Made by a program: the position numbers and the translations under genes. The notes beneath the pieces are model-generated. The model ran no database searches. It saw only the letters and a program-made list of their open reading frames with translations, and was not told where the DNA came from. From Pristiophorus japonicus (taxonomy: Eukaryota): a stretch of 64,000 nucleotides of DNA. Shown here one piece after another: positions 12,916-25,062 of this stretch. Where the stretch lies: NCBI RefSeq assembly GCF_044704955.1, contig NC_091996.1, positions 87,358,001-87,422,000 of the forward strand. Reading direction: 5' to 3'. The first letter of the stretch is position 1; every line of letters begins with the position of its first letter.

Positions 12916-13789
12916 CATCAGCCCCAAGAACTCAGCGCCAGTTTTATTGTGCTGGAAAAAAAGCTGGGTCTTTCTGGACTTGAGCTCCATCAGAGCTTGG
13001 GTGATGTCCTGCTCGCCTTGCTGCTCCTTCTCCAAGATGATCCTGGCTCGCTCCTCGTCGGTCTCGTCCCCGCTCTTCCTGATCAGGGCTTGCATCTGGC
13101 CCTGATCAGGAAGGGCCGTCTATGATATAAGAATTAGGAACAGGAGTAGGCCATCTAGCCCCTCGAGCCTGCTCCGCCATTCAATAAGATCATGGCTGAT
13201 CTGGCCGAGGACTCAGCTCCACTTACCCGCCCGCTCCCCGTAACCCTTAATTCCCTTATGATGATGATGACGATAATTATAACTAACAATCAGAGGGCTG
13301 CAGCACACGCGTTGCGTTCGGTCCATCATCATCATCAGTCCCTCGGAATCGAGGAAGACTTGCTTCCACTCTTAGAATGAGTCCTCAGGTGACTGAACAG
13401 TCCAATACGAGAGCCACGGTCCCGGTGGCGGGTGGGACAGACAGTGGCCGAAGGAAAAAGGGGTGGGTGGGGAGCCTGGTTTGCCGCACGCTCCTTCCGC
13501 TGCCTGCGCCTGGCTTTCTGCAATGCTCCCGGGCGACGAGACTCGAGGGGCTCAGCGCCCCCTCCCGGGTGCACTTCCTCCGCTCGGGTGGGGGGGGGGG
13601 GGGGGCGGACCGGTCTTTGGCCCCAGGGGGGGGCTTCTCAGGTGTCGGTGGGGAACGTCGCACTTTTTTTCACGGGGCGGCTTCGAGGGCGGTCCTCGTA
13701 ACGTTGCCTCTGCCCGCCTTTTGGCTCGCTTGCAGCGAAGGAGTTGCGAGCAGAGCGCTTGGCTTTGGGAACACTGTTGGAACACATGC

Positions 13790-14300
13790 CTCACCACTCC
13801 TCTCCTCTCCCGCCCCGCGCATGCGCGAGCTTTCAGCCGCCATTGTGCTTTGCCCCCTGCGTGCGAGCGTGTGGATTTGGAGACGTCCCCTGAGCAGTCG
13901 GCAGCGGAGCCAGCAATCAATCCGGCGGCAGGTTGGAGACAGACAGACAGAGTACGGGGGGACGGAGGGATTGCCAGATGGAGCCCGCAGGCCCCGGGTG
14001 TGAGGTGACGCTTCACACACACACACCCCGCTCTCCCCCTCACGGCCTTCGCCCGGCCACCATCCCGCGGCGGGACACTCGCTGCGGCCCACCAGAAATC
14101 AGAGAGTGGCCGGCGGCGGGGCCGGGGGGGGGGTCCGAGAGATCCGCGCAATGGGCCGCATCCGATCGGCCGATGTTCCCGTCCAGCGCGGTCAGTCCCA
14201 CGGCAGGCCCGGTCCCGCCTGTTGCCCGTCACAGCCAGAGGGGGAGGGGAGGGAGGGGCTAATGGGGGACAGCCTTGTGTGGGGTGGGGCCCCACCCCCT
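13790..14300 (+). promoter_or_regulatory. CpG-island-like promoter with candidate first exon
   Basis: GC box CCCGCCCC abutting NRF1 palindrome GCGCATGCGC (~13817-13826); YY1-like GCCGCCATT (~13837); possible donor GCAG|GTTGGA ~13931. Confidence 0.5.
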
Positions 14301-14394
14301 CCCTCTGTCAGCTCGCACGTCACATGGCAAGACCTACGTTTATATAGCGCCTTTTACCACCTCACGCCGTCCACAAAGCGCTTCACAGCCAATC

Positions 14395-14925
14395 AACTCG
14401 CACCGAGTCCCGCTCACCCATCACCCCCTGTGCTCGCTGCCCCATGTCCTAACTCGCACCGAGTCCCACTCACCCATCACCCCCTGTGCCCAGTGTCCTA
14501 ACTCGCACCGAGTCCCGCTCACCCATCACCCCCCTGTGCTCCCTGCCTCGTGTCCTAACTCGCACTGAGTCCCACTCACCCATCACCCCCTGTGCTCACT
14601 GCCCCGTGTCCTAACTCGCACCGAGTCCCACTCACCCATCGCCCCCTGTGCTCGCTGCCCTGTGTCCTAACTCGCACCTAGTCCCGCTCACCCATCACCC
14701 CCTGTGCTCGCTGCCCCGTGTCCTAACTCGCACCGAGTCCCACTCACCCATCACCCCCTGTGCCCAGTGTCCTAACTCGCACTGAGTCCCACTCACCCAT
14801 CACCCCCTGTGCCCTGTGTCCTAACTCGCACCTAGTCCCGCTCACCCATCTCCCCCTGTGCTCGCTGCCCCGTGTCCTAAGTCGCACCGAGTCCTGCTCA
14901 CCCATCACCCCCTGTGCTCGCTGAC
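14395..14925 (+). repeat. ~52-bp tandem repeat derived from an L2 ORF2 segment (short array also at ~10070-10230)
   Basis: Unit CCCCGTGTCCTAACTCGCACCGAGTCCCGCTCACCCATCACCCCCTGTGCTCGCTG, about 10 copies, running directly into L2 sequence. Confidence 0.9.
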
Positions 14926-15699
14926 CTACATAGGCTCCCGGTTAAGCAATGCCTTGATTTCAAAATTCTCATCCTTGTTTACAAATCCCTCCATGGTTCT
15001 CGCCCCCTCCCTATCTCTGTAATCTCCTCCAGTCCCACAACCCCCCCCCCCCCCCCACCCGAGATGTCTGCGCTCCTCAAATTCTGCCCTCCTGGCCATC
15101 CCTGATTATAATCGCTCCACCATCGGTCGCCGTGCCTTCTGTTGCCTGGACCCCAAGCTCTGGAACTCCCTTCCTAAACCTCTCCACCTCTCTACCTCTC
15201 TTTCCTCCTTCAAGATGCTCCTTAAAACCAACCTCTTTGGCCCAGCTTTTGGTCACCAGCGCTAATTTCTACTTATGCGGCTCGGTGTCAAATGTTGTGT
15301 CTCGTAACACTCATGTGAAGCGCCTTGGGACGTTACAGGCGCTATATAAATACAGATTGTTGTTGTGCTTGGTGGTAGAGGTCGCAGGTTTGGGAGGTGC
15401 TGCCGAAGAAGCCTTGGTGAGTTGCTGCAGTGCGTCTTGTGGACAGCGCACACTGCTCTTAACCTTCTGATCTTCTGCAATTTCTGTAGTCTGTAATTTG
15501 ACGGGCACTGGAAATGCGTGTGATCGGAGAGTGTGCCGCTCGGTCCTGGGCTTTGCTGGTGAAGTTTTTCAGCAGTGCCCCTCGCCCCTCACGGCATCGG
15601 CACCGTCAAACCCGCTGGGGGCCCTCGGTTTCGCTCGTTACACCCCTCCCCCATCTCCCCCATCCTCGAACGGCACAAGCTCCCCTCCAGGCTGCAGAC

Positions 15700-18600
15700 C
15701 CGGGGTTGGGGGTAATATATTAGCATGGATAGAGGATTGGCTAACTAACAGAAAACTCGGGTTGGCAACCAGTAACAAGTGGAGTGCCGCAGGGATCAGT
15801 GCTGGGGCCCCAACTATTTACCATCTATATTAACGACTTGGAAGAAGGGACTGAGTGTAACATAGCCAAGTTTGCTGACGATACCAAGATAGGAGGAAAA
15901 GCAATGTGTGAGGAGGGCACAAAAAATCTGCAAAAGGACATAGACAGGCTAAATGAGTGGGCAAAAATTTGGCAGGGGGATGGGAACCTATACAGGGAGA
16001 CAGAGGGAGACAAAAAGGAGGCAAAAGCAAAAGACAGAAAGGAGATGAGGAAAAGTGGAGGGCAGAGAAACCCAAGGCAAAGAACAAAAAGGGCCACTGT
16101 ACAGCAAAATTCTAAAAGGACAAAGGGTGTTAAAAAAGCAAGCCTGAAGGCTTTGTGTCTTAATGCAAGGAGTATCCGCAATAAGGTGGATGAATTAATT
16201 GTGCAAATAGATGTTAACAAATATGATGTGGTTGGGATTACGGAGACGTGGCTCCAGGATGATCAGGGCTGGGAACTCAACATCCAGGGGTATTCAACAT
16301 TCAGGAAGGATAGAATAAAAGGAAAAGGAGGTGGGGTAGCATTGCTGGTTAAAGAGGAGATTAATGCAATAGTTAGGAAAGACATTAGCTTGGATGATGT
16401 GGAATCTATATGGGTAGAGCTGCAGAACACTAAAGGGCAAAAATCGTTAGTGGGAGTTGTGTACAGACCTCCAAACAGTAGTAGTGATGTTGGGGAGGGC
16501 ATCAAACAGGAAATTAGGAGTGCATGCAATAAAGGTGCAGCAGTTATAATGGGTGACTTTAATATGCACATAGATTGGGCTAGCCAAACTGGAAGCAATA
16601 CGGTGGAGGAGGATTTCCTGGAATGCATAAGGGATGGTTTTCTAGACCAATATGTCGAGGAACCAACTAGGGGGGAGGCCATCTTAGACTGGGTGTTGTG
16701 TAATGAGAGAGGATTAATTAGCAATCTCATTGTGCGAGGCCCCTTGGGGAAGAGTGACCATAATATGGTGGAATTCTGCATTAGGATGGAGAATGAAACA
16801 GTTAATTCAGAGACCATGGTCCAGAACTTAAAGAAGGGTAACTTTGAAGGTATGAGGCATGAATTGGCTAAGATAGATTGGCTAATGATACTTAAGGGGT
16901 TGACTGTGGATGGGCAATGGCAGACATTTAGAGAACGCATGGATGAATTACAACAATTGTACATTCCTGTCTGGCGTAAAAATAAAAAAGGGAAGGTGGC
17001 TCAACCGTGGCTATCTAGGGAAATCAGGGATAGTATTAAAGCCAAGGAAGTGGCATACAAATTGGCCAGAAATAGCAGCGAACCTGGGGACTGGGAGAAA
17101 TTTAGAACTCAGCAGAGGAGGACAAAGGGTTTGATTAGGGTAGGGAAAATGGAGTACGAGAAGAAGCTTGCAGGGAACATTAAGGCGGATTGCAAAAGTT
17201 TCTATAGGTATGTAAAGAGAAAGAGGTTAGTAAAGACAAACGTAGGTCCCCTGCAGTCAGAATCAGGGGAAGTCATAACGGGGAACAAAGAAATGGCAGA
17301 CCAATTGAACAAGTACTTTGGTTCAGTATTCACTAAGGAGGACACAAACAACCTTCCGGATATAAAAGTGGTCAGAGGGTCTATTAAGGAGGAGGAACTG
17401 AGGGAAATCTTTATTAGTCGGGAAATTGTGTTGGGGAAATTGATGGGATTGAAGGCCGATAAATCCCCAGGGCCTGATGGACTGCATCCCAGAGTACTTA
17501 AAGAGGTGGCCTTGGAAATAGCGGATGCATTGACAGTCATTTTCCAACATTCCATTGACTCTGGATCAGTTCCTATCGAGTGGAGGGTAGCCAATGTAAC
17601 CCCACTTTTTAAAAAAGGAGGGAGAGAGAAAGCAGGGAATTATAGACCGGTCAGCCTGACCTCAGTAGTGGGTAAAATGATGGAATCAATTATTAAGGAT
17701 GTCATAGCAGTGCATTTGGAAAATGGTGACATGATAGGTCCAAGTCAGCATGGATTTGTGAAAGGGAGATCATGCTTGACAAATCTTCTGGAATTTTTTG
17801 AGGATGTTTCCAATAAAGTGGACAAAGGAGTACCAGTTGATGTGGTATATTTGGACTTTCAGAAGGCTTTCGACAAGGTCCCACACAGGAGATTAATGTG
17901 CAAAGTTAAAGCACATGGGATTGGGGGTAGTGTGCTGACGTGGATTGAGAACTGGTTGTCAGACAGGAAGCAAAGAGTAGGAGTAAATGGGTACTTTTCG
18001 GAATGGCAGGCAGTGACTAGTGGGGTACCGCAGGGTTCTGTGCTGGGGCCCCAGCTGTTTACATTGTACATTAATGATTTAGACGAGGGGATTAAATGTA
18101 GTATCTCCAAATTTGCGGATGACACTAAGTTGGGTGGCAGTGTGAGCTGCGAGGAGGATGCTATGAGGCTACAGAGTGACTTGGATAGGTTAGGTGAGTG
18201 GGCAAATGCGTGGCAGATGAAGTATAATGTGGATAAATGTGAGGTTATCCACTTTGGTGGTAAAAACAGAGAGACAGACTATTATCTGAATGGTGACAGA
18301 TTAGGAAAAGGGAAGGTGCAACGAGACCTGGGTGTCATGGTACATCAGTCATTGAAGGTTGGCATGCAGGTACAGCAGGCGGTTAAGAAAGCAAATGGCA
18401 TGTTGGCCTTCATAGCGAGGGGATTTGAGTACAGGGGCAGGGAGGTGTTGCTACAGTTGTACAGGGCCTTGGTGAGGCCACACCTGGAGTATTGTGTACA
18501 GTTTTGGTCTCCTAACTTGAGGAAGGACATACTTGCTATTGAGGGAGTGCAGCGAAGATTCACCAGACTGATTCCCGGGATGGTGGGACTGACCTATCAA

Positions 18601-19860
18601 GAAAGACTGGATCAACTGGGCTTGTATTCACTGGAGTTCAGAAGAGTGAGAGGGGACCTCATAGAAACGTTTAAAATTCTGACGGGTTTGGACAGGTTGG
18701 ATGCAGGAAGAATGTTCCCAATGTTGGGGAAGTCCAGAACTAGGGGTCACAGTCTAAGGATAAGGGGTAAGCCATTTAGGACCGAGATAAGGAGAAACTT
18801 CTTCACCCAGAGAGTGGTGAACCTGTGGAATTCTCTACCACAGGAAGTAGTTGAGGCCAATTCACTAAATATATTCAAAAGGGAGTTAGATGAAGTCCTT
18901 ACTACTCGGGGGATCAAGGGGTATGGCGTGAAAGCAGGAAGTGGGTACTGAAGTTTCATGTTCAGCCATGAACTCGTTGAATGGCAGTGCAGGCTAGAAG
19001 GGCTGAATGGCCTGCTCCTGCACCTATTTTCTATGTTTCTATGTTTCTATAATGTGGGAAAGTGTGAGGTCATGCACTTTGGCAAAAAAAAATCAAAGAG
19101 CAAGTTATTATTTAAATGGAGAAAGATTGCAAAGTGCCGCAGTACAGCGGGACCTGGGGGTACTTGTGCATGAAACACAAAAGGATAGTATGCAGGTACA
19201 GCAAGAGATCAGGAAGGCCAATAGAATCTTGGCTTTTATTGCAATGGGGATGGAGTATAAAAGCAGGGAAGTCTACAGCTATACAGGGTATTGATGAGGC
19301 CACACCTGGAATACTGCGTTCAGTTTTGGTTTCCATATTTACGAAAGGATATACTTGCTTTGGAGGCAGTTCAGAGAAGGTTCACTCGGTTGATTCCGGA
19401 GATGAGGGGGTTGACTTATGAGGAAAGGTTGAGGAAGTTGGGCTTCTACTCATTGGAATTCAGAAGAATGAGAGGTGATCTTATCGAAACGTATAAGATT
19501 ATGAGGGGGCTTGACAAGGTGGGTGCAGAGAGGATGTTTCCACTGATGGGGGAGACTAGAACTAGGGGGCATGATCTTAGAATAAGGGGCCGCCCATTTA
19601 AAACTGAGATGAGGAGGAATTTCTTCTCTCAGGGGGTTGTAAATCTGTGGAATTCGCTGCCTCAGAGAGCTGTGGAAGCTGGGACATTGAATACATTTAA
19701 GGCAGAGATAGGCAGTTTCTTAAACGATAGGGGAATAAGGGGAGCGGGCGGGGAAGTGGAGCTGAGTCCATGATCAGCCAGCCATGATCGTATTGAATGG
19801 CGGAGCAGGCTCGAGGGGCCATATGGCCTACTCCTGCTGCTATTTCTTATGTTCTTATGT
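15700..19860 (+). mobile_element. Older CR1 (15700-15975 and ~19047-19860) split by a younger CR1
   Basis: RT text ...RLNEWAKIWQ breaks at ~15975 and resumes YNVGKCEVMHFG at ~19047; tail TTCTTATGTTCTTATGT at ~19845-19860. Confidence 0.9.
16045..18951 (+). CDS. Intact CR1 ORF2 (APE endonuclease + reverse transcriptase), ~968 aa
   Basis: Uninterrupted: LNARSI, GITETW, GGGVALL, VYRPP, MGDFN, LDWVL, SDHN; [23 protein letters not shown]; 3' UTR and (TTTCTATG)n tail to ~19049. Start codon choice uncertain. Confidence 0.9.
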   Translation: MRKSGGQRNPRQRTKRATVQQNSKRTKGVKKASLKALCLNARSIRNKVDELIVQIDVNKYDVVGITETWLQDDQGWELNIQGYSTFRKDRIKGKGGGVALLVKEEINAIVRKDISLDDVESIWVELQNTKGQKSLVGVVYRPPNSSSDVGEGIKQEIRSACNKGAAVIMGDFNMHIDWASQTGSNTVEEDFLECIRDGFLDQYVEEPTRGEAILDWVLCNERGLISNLIVRGPLGKSDHNMVEFCIRMENETVNSETMVQNLKKGNFEGMRHELAKIDWLMILKGLTVDGQWQTFRERMDELQQLYIPVWRKNKKGKVAQPWLSREIRDSIKAKEVAYKLARNSSEPGDWEKFRTQQRRTKGLIRVGKMEYEKKLAGNIKADCKSFYRYVKRKRLVKTNVGPLQSESGEVITGNKEMADQLNKYFGSVFTKEDTNNLPDIKVVRGSIKEEELREIFISREIVLGKLMGLKADKSPGPDGLHPRVLKEVALEIADALTVIFQHSIDSGSVPIEWRVANVTPLFKKGGREKAGNYRPVSLTSVVGKMMESIIKDVIAVHLENGDMIGPSQHGFVKGRSCLTNLLEFFEDVSNKVDKGVPVDVVYLDFQKAFDKVPHRRLMCKVKAHGIGGSVLTWIENWLSDRKQRVGVNGYFSEWQAVTSGVPQGSVLGPQLFTLYINDLDEGIKCSISKFADDTKLGGSVSCEEDAMRLQSDLDRLGEWANAWQMKYNVDKCEVIHFGGKNRETDYYLNGDRLGKGKVQRDLGVMVHQSLKVGMQVQQAVKKANGMLAFIARGFEYRGREVLLQLYRALVRPHLEYCVQFWSPNLRKDILAIEGVQRRFTRLIPGMVGLTYQERLDQLGLYSLEFRRVRGDLIETFKILTGLDRLDAGRMFPMLGKSRTRGHSLRIRGKPFRTEIRRNFFTQRVVNLWNSLPQEVVEANSLNIFKRELDEVLTTRGIKGYGVKAGSGY

Positions 19861-20196
19861 GTCAACACGACACCAGGTCCGGTCGGGAGATCGCGAGGTT
19901 GCAGGCAGATAAACGGGCTGCGTTCAGCTTGCTCATCCGTGGCCACGGCAGCCGGTGGCAGCCGGGGAGCCCGGCCAGACTGGTACACGGCAACCAGGGC
20001 AATTAGCGAGCTGTCAGACAACACGCGGGCACGAGGACGTGTCCGGGGGCACCAGTCCCAGCAGTGTCAGCAATCCACGATAAACCATTAATCACAGGCC
20101 AGGCTCCAGGTGCTACGATTAATTCTTTATGATGGGGAAGTGGCAGGGGATGAGTGTAATCTGTTGCAATGTTTTCAAACTATGTCTGCACTGACT

Positions 20197-20692
20197 GATA
20201 CAGAGTAAAGCTCCCTCTACACTGTCCCATCAAACACTCTCAGGGCAGGTACAGCACGGGGTTAGATACAGAGTAAAGCTCCCTCTACACTGTCCCATCA
20301 AACACTCCCAGGGCAGGTACAGCACAGGGTTAGATACAGAGTAAAGCTCCCTCTACACTGTCCCATCAAACACTCCCGGGGCAGGTACAGCACAGGGTTA
20401 GATACAGAGTAAAGCTCCCTCTACACTGTCCCATCAAACACTCCCGGGGCAGGTACAGCACAGGGTTAGATACAGAGTAAAGCTCCCTCTACACTGTCCC
20501 ATCAAACACTCCCAGGGCAGGTATAGCACGGGGTTAGATACAGAGTAAAGCTCCCTCTACACTGTCCCATCAAACACTCCCAGGGCAGGTACAGCACGGG
20601 GTTAGATACAGAGTAAAGCTCCCTCTACACTGTCCCATCAAACACTCCCAGGGCAGGTACAGCACGGGTTAGATGCAGAGTAAAGTTCCCTC
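20197..20692 (+). repeat. 61-bp tandem repeat, about 8 copies
   Basis: GATACAGAGTAAAGCTCCCTCTACACTGTCCCATCAAACACTCCCAGGGCAGGTACAGCACGGGGTTA. Confidence 0.95.
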
Positions 20693-21120
20693 TGTTTATA
20701 TGGCTGTGTGGTGTACGAATATCCCTGTTTCGGGGGAGGGGGTTGGACAAAATGGTGGTAAGACGATTAGGGGAGGAGGGAGGGGTGGTGTTTCCCGATG
20801 AAGCCAACTGTTCAGAATTGTTGGTACCAAATGGGTGACTGGAGCATTTGGCACGGGTACCAGGACAACAGATGGAGCTTATTAAATACCTCATCGTGCC
20901 ATTCTTCTAACCGGAGATGCGGTGAGGGTGTTCCTGATTCCCGGAGGTCTAATTGCAGTGTGTCACTGTGCCCGACAGTGTTTGTGCGAGTTTGGATCAG
21001 TTTATGCTTCACGCTCAAACAGCGAGAATATCAACCCAGGCTTCCAGCACCCTCTGTGGGCAGGCTCTGCTCACTGCACCGTCACACGCTGCTCACTGAC
21101 ACACCGAGACCTTTATGACA

Positions 21121-22070
21121 ATGTGTGTGTGAGAGAGTGAGAGTGTGTGTGTGAGAGAGTGAGAGTGTGTGTGTGAGAGAGTGAGAGTGTGTGTGTGAGA
21201 GAGTGAGAGTGTGTATGTGAGAGTGTGTGTGTGAGAGAGTGAGAGTNNNNNNNNNNNNNNNNNNNNNNNNNNNNNNNNNNNNNNNNNNNNNNNNNNNNNN
21301 NNNNNNNNNNNNNNNNNNNNNNNNNNNNNNNNNNNNNNNNNNNNNNNNNNNNNNNNNNNNNNNNNNNNNNNNNNNNNNNNNNNNNNNNNNNNNNNNNNNN
21401 NNNNNNGTGTGAGTGGGAGAGAGTGTGTGAGATATTGTGGGAGTGAGATAGTGTGAGTGAGTGTGTGTGTATGTGAGAGAGTGTGAGAAAGTGTGAGTGT
21501 GAGAGAGTGAGTGTGAGAGGGATAGTGTGGGAGTGAGTGTGTGTGAGTATGTGTGTGTATGTGAGAGTGTGTGTGAGTGTGTGAGATAGTGAGAGAGAGA
21601 TTGAGAGTGTGTGTGAGAGATTGAGAGTGAGTGAGAGAGAGTGTGTGAGATAGTGAGTGTGTGTATGTGAGAGAGTGTATGTGTGAGAGAGAGTGGGAGT
21701 CAGTGTGTCTGAGAGTGTGAGCATGAGTGGGAGATAGTGAGAGAGTGGGAGTGAGTGTGTGAGTATGTGTGTGTGTGTGAGTGTGTATGTGAGAGAGACT
21801 GTGTGAGTTTGTGTGTTAGAGAGAGAGAGTGTGTGTCTGTGTGTGAAAGAATGAGTGTGTGTGAGTGTATATGTGAGTGCGCGCGCGTGTGAGAGCGACA
21901 GTGTGTGAGAGAGCGGTTGTGTGTGAGTGTGTATGTGAGAGCGACAGTGTGAGAGCGACAGTGTGTGAGAGAGCGGTTGTGTTTTGTGTGTGCGTGTGAG
22001 TGTATGTGAGAGCGACAGTGTGTGAGAGCGACAGTGTGTGAGAGAGCGATTGTGTGTTGTGTGTGTGTGC
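21121..22070. repeat. Complex (TG)/(AG) microsatellite containing assembly gap 21247-21406
   Basis: Direct reading; 160 N. Confidence 0.95.
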
Positions 22071-22119
22071 GCGGCCCCCAAGCACCATCGGAGCAGGCCG
22101 GGTGCGGAAGGAGCAGCGT

Positions 22120-23715
22120 GGGATTGAAGGCCGATAAATCCCCAAGGCCTGATAGTCTGCATCCCAGAGTACTTAAGGAAGTGGCCCTAGAAATAGTGGA
22201 TGCATTGATGGTCATTTTCCAACAGTCTATTGACTCTGGATCAGTTCCTATGGATTGGAGAGTAGCTAATGTAACACCACTTTTTAAGAAAGGAGGGAGA
22301 GAGAAAGCGGGTAACTATAGACTGGTTAGCCTGACATCAGTAGTGGGGAAAATGTTGGAATCAATTATTAAAGATGAAATAGCAGCGCATTTGGAAAGCA
22401 GTGACAGGATCGGTCCAAGTCAGCATGGATTTATGAAAGGGAAATCATGCTTGACAAACCTAGAATTTTTTGAGGATGTAACTGGTAGAGTGGACAAGCG
22501 AAAACCAGTGGATGTGGTGTATTTGGACTTTCAAAAGGCTTTTGACAAGATCCCACACAAGAGATAAGTGTGCAAAATTAAAGCACATGGTATTGGGGGT
22601 AATGTGCTGACATGCATAGAGAACTGGTTGGCAGACAGGAAGCAGAGAGTCGGATAAATGGGTTCTTTTCAGAATTGCAGGCAGTGACTAGTGGGGTGCC
22701 GCAGGGCTCAGTGTTGGGACCCCAGTTATTTACAATATACATTAATGATTTAGATGAATGAATTGAGTGTAATATCTCCCAAGTTTGTAGATGACACTAA
22801 GCTGGGTGGCGGTGTGAGCTGTGTGGAGGATGCTAAGAGGCTGCAGGGTGACTTGGACAGGTTAGGTGAGTGGGCAAACGCATAGCAGATGCAGTATAAT
22901 GTGGATAAATGTGAGGTTATCCACTTTGGTGGCAAAAACACGAAGGCAGAATATTATCTGAATGGTGACAGATTAGGAAAAGGGGAGGTTCAACGAGACC
23001 CGGGTGTCATGGTACATCAGCCATTGAAAGTTGGCATGCAGGTACAGCAGGCGGTGAAGAAGGCAAATGGTATGTTGGCCTTCATAGCGAGGGAGATTTG
23101 AGTATAGGAGCAGGGAGGTCTTACTGCAATTGTACAGGGCCTTGGTGAGGCCACACCTGGAATATTGTGTTCAGGTTTGGTCTCCTAATCTGAGGAAGGA
23201 TGTTCTTGCTATTGAGGGAGTGCAGCGAAGGTTCACCAGACTGATTCCCGGGATGGCAGGACTGACATATGAGGAGAAACTGGATCGACTGGGCCTGTAT
23301 TCACCGGAGTTTAGAAGGATGAGAGGGGATCTCATAGAAACATATAAAATTCTGATGGGACGGGACAGGTTAGATGCAGGAAGAATGTTCCCGATGTTGG
23401 GGTAGTCCAGAACCAGGGAACACAGTCTAAGGATAAGGGGTAAGCCATTTAGGACCGAGATGAGGAGAAACTTCTTCACTCAGAGAGTTGTTAAGCTGTG
23501 GAATTCCCTACCGCAGAGAGTTGTTGATGTCAGTTCATTGGATATATTCAAGAGGGAGTTAGATATGGCCCTTACGGCTAAAGGGATCAAGGGGTATGGA
23601 GAGAAAGCAGGAAAGGGGTACTGAGGTGAATGATCAGCCATGATCTTATTGAATGGTGGAGCAGGCTCGAAGGGCTGAATGGCCAACTCCTGCACCTATT
23701 TTCTATGTTTCTATG
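22120..23715 (+). mobile_element. CR1 LINE, 5'-truncated, decayed (same subfamily as 771-2810)
   Basis: GLKADKSP...KAFDKIPHKR and later RT motifs with stops and frameshifts; tail TTTCTATGTTTCTATG. Confidence 0.95.
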
Positions 23716-24231
23716 TGGCGGCGTACCACTCCAGGGAGTACGTCCTGGAGCAGGAGAGCAACAGCAGTGAAAAGGGACGTCACCAAGGTCCAGGTTGGTG
23801 ATTGGAGCGTGGGCAGGTATAGCAGGAGCGGCGAGGTCGGGGCAAAGGAGCGGCGACTGATCGTGCAGCGACATGGTCAGGGCCCAGGAGAGGCGCGAGT
23901 TCGGGGCCCAGAAGAGGCGAGGGCCCAGGGGCAGCACGGGCCAGCCCACACTGCGGAATGTGCACGCACTAGGCCCGTGCAGCAGAGCTGGTCTCCAGTC
24001 GTCCTGGTTAACCCTTGCCACTGGACCAAGACCTCGCTCTGTCAAGCCCGTGTGGTGGCTGGTGTGCAACGGCCACCCCACATTAAAAAAATCCACGCAC
24101 AGGCATCTTCCACCCTTCGCGATGTAGTTCGGGATCCGGAATATTAGTTCCTTCATTGAAACAGGTGTGAACTTTTTGACGTGGAAGCAAGTCATCCTCA
24201 ACTCGAGGGACTGTCTATGATGATGATGATG

Positions 24232-25062
24232 GTGTGTGAGTGTGGGTGTGAGTGTGAGAGAGTGTGTGTGTGTGTGTGAGTATGAGAGTGTTTGTGTGTG
24301 TGAGTATGAGAGTGTTTGTGTGTGTGAGGATGAGAGTGTGTGTGTGTGTGAGGATGAGAGTGTGTGTGTGCGTGTGTGTGTGAGGATGAGAGCGTGTGTG
24401 CGTGAGGATGAGAGCGTGTGTGCGTGAGGATGAGAGCGTGTGTGCGTGAGGATGAGAGCGTGTGTGCGTGAGGATGAGAGCGTGTGTGCGTGAGGATGAG
24501 AGCGTGTGTGTGTGTGAGGATGAGAGTGTGAGGATGAGAGTGTGTGTGTGAGTATGAGAGTGTGTGTGTGTGTGTGTGTGAGTATGAGAGTGTGTGTGTG
24601 TGTGTGTGAGTATGAGAGAGTGTGTGTGTGAGTATGGGAGTATGTGTCTGTGAGTATGAGTGTGTGTGTGAGAGAATGTGAGTGTGTGAAAGAGCATGAG
24701 AGAATGTGAGAGAGTGTATGTGAGAGAGTGTATGTGAGAGAGTGTATGTGTGGGAGCGTGTGAGGGAGCGTGTGAGAGTGTGTGTGGGAGAGAGAGTGAG
24801 TGTGTGGGAGAGAGAGTGTGGATGAGTGTGTATGAGTATGTGTGTGAGAGTGTGTATGAATATGTGTAAGTGTGTGAAAGAGAGTGAGAGTGTGAGCGCG
24901 CGTGTGCGAGNNNNNNNNNNNNNNNNNNNNNNNNNNNNNNNNNNNNNNNNNNNNNNNNNNNNNNNNNNNNNNNNNNNNNNNNNNNNNNNNNNNNNNNNNN
25001 NNNNNNNNNNNNNNNNNNNNNNNNNNNNNNNNNNNNNNNNNNNNNNNNAGAGTGTGTGAGAG
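24232..25062. repeat. Complex (TG)/(AG) microsatellite with GAGGATGAGAGCGTGTGTGCGT subrepeat; gap 24911-25048
   Basis: Direct reading; 138 N. Confidence 0.95.

Noticed and set aside
15784-16044. Novel RT-EN-RT protein of 1055 aa
   Set aside because: N-terminal part is the older host CR1 fused in frame by a nested insertion.
20830-20915. Connexin gene (MGDWS start)
   Set aside because: Similarity ends after five residues; no transmembrane segments or connexin cysteine pattern.
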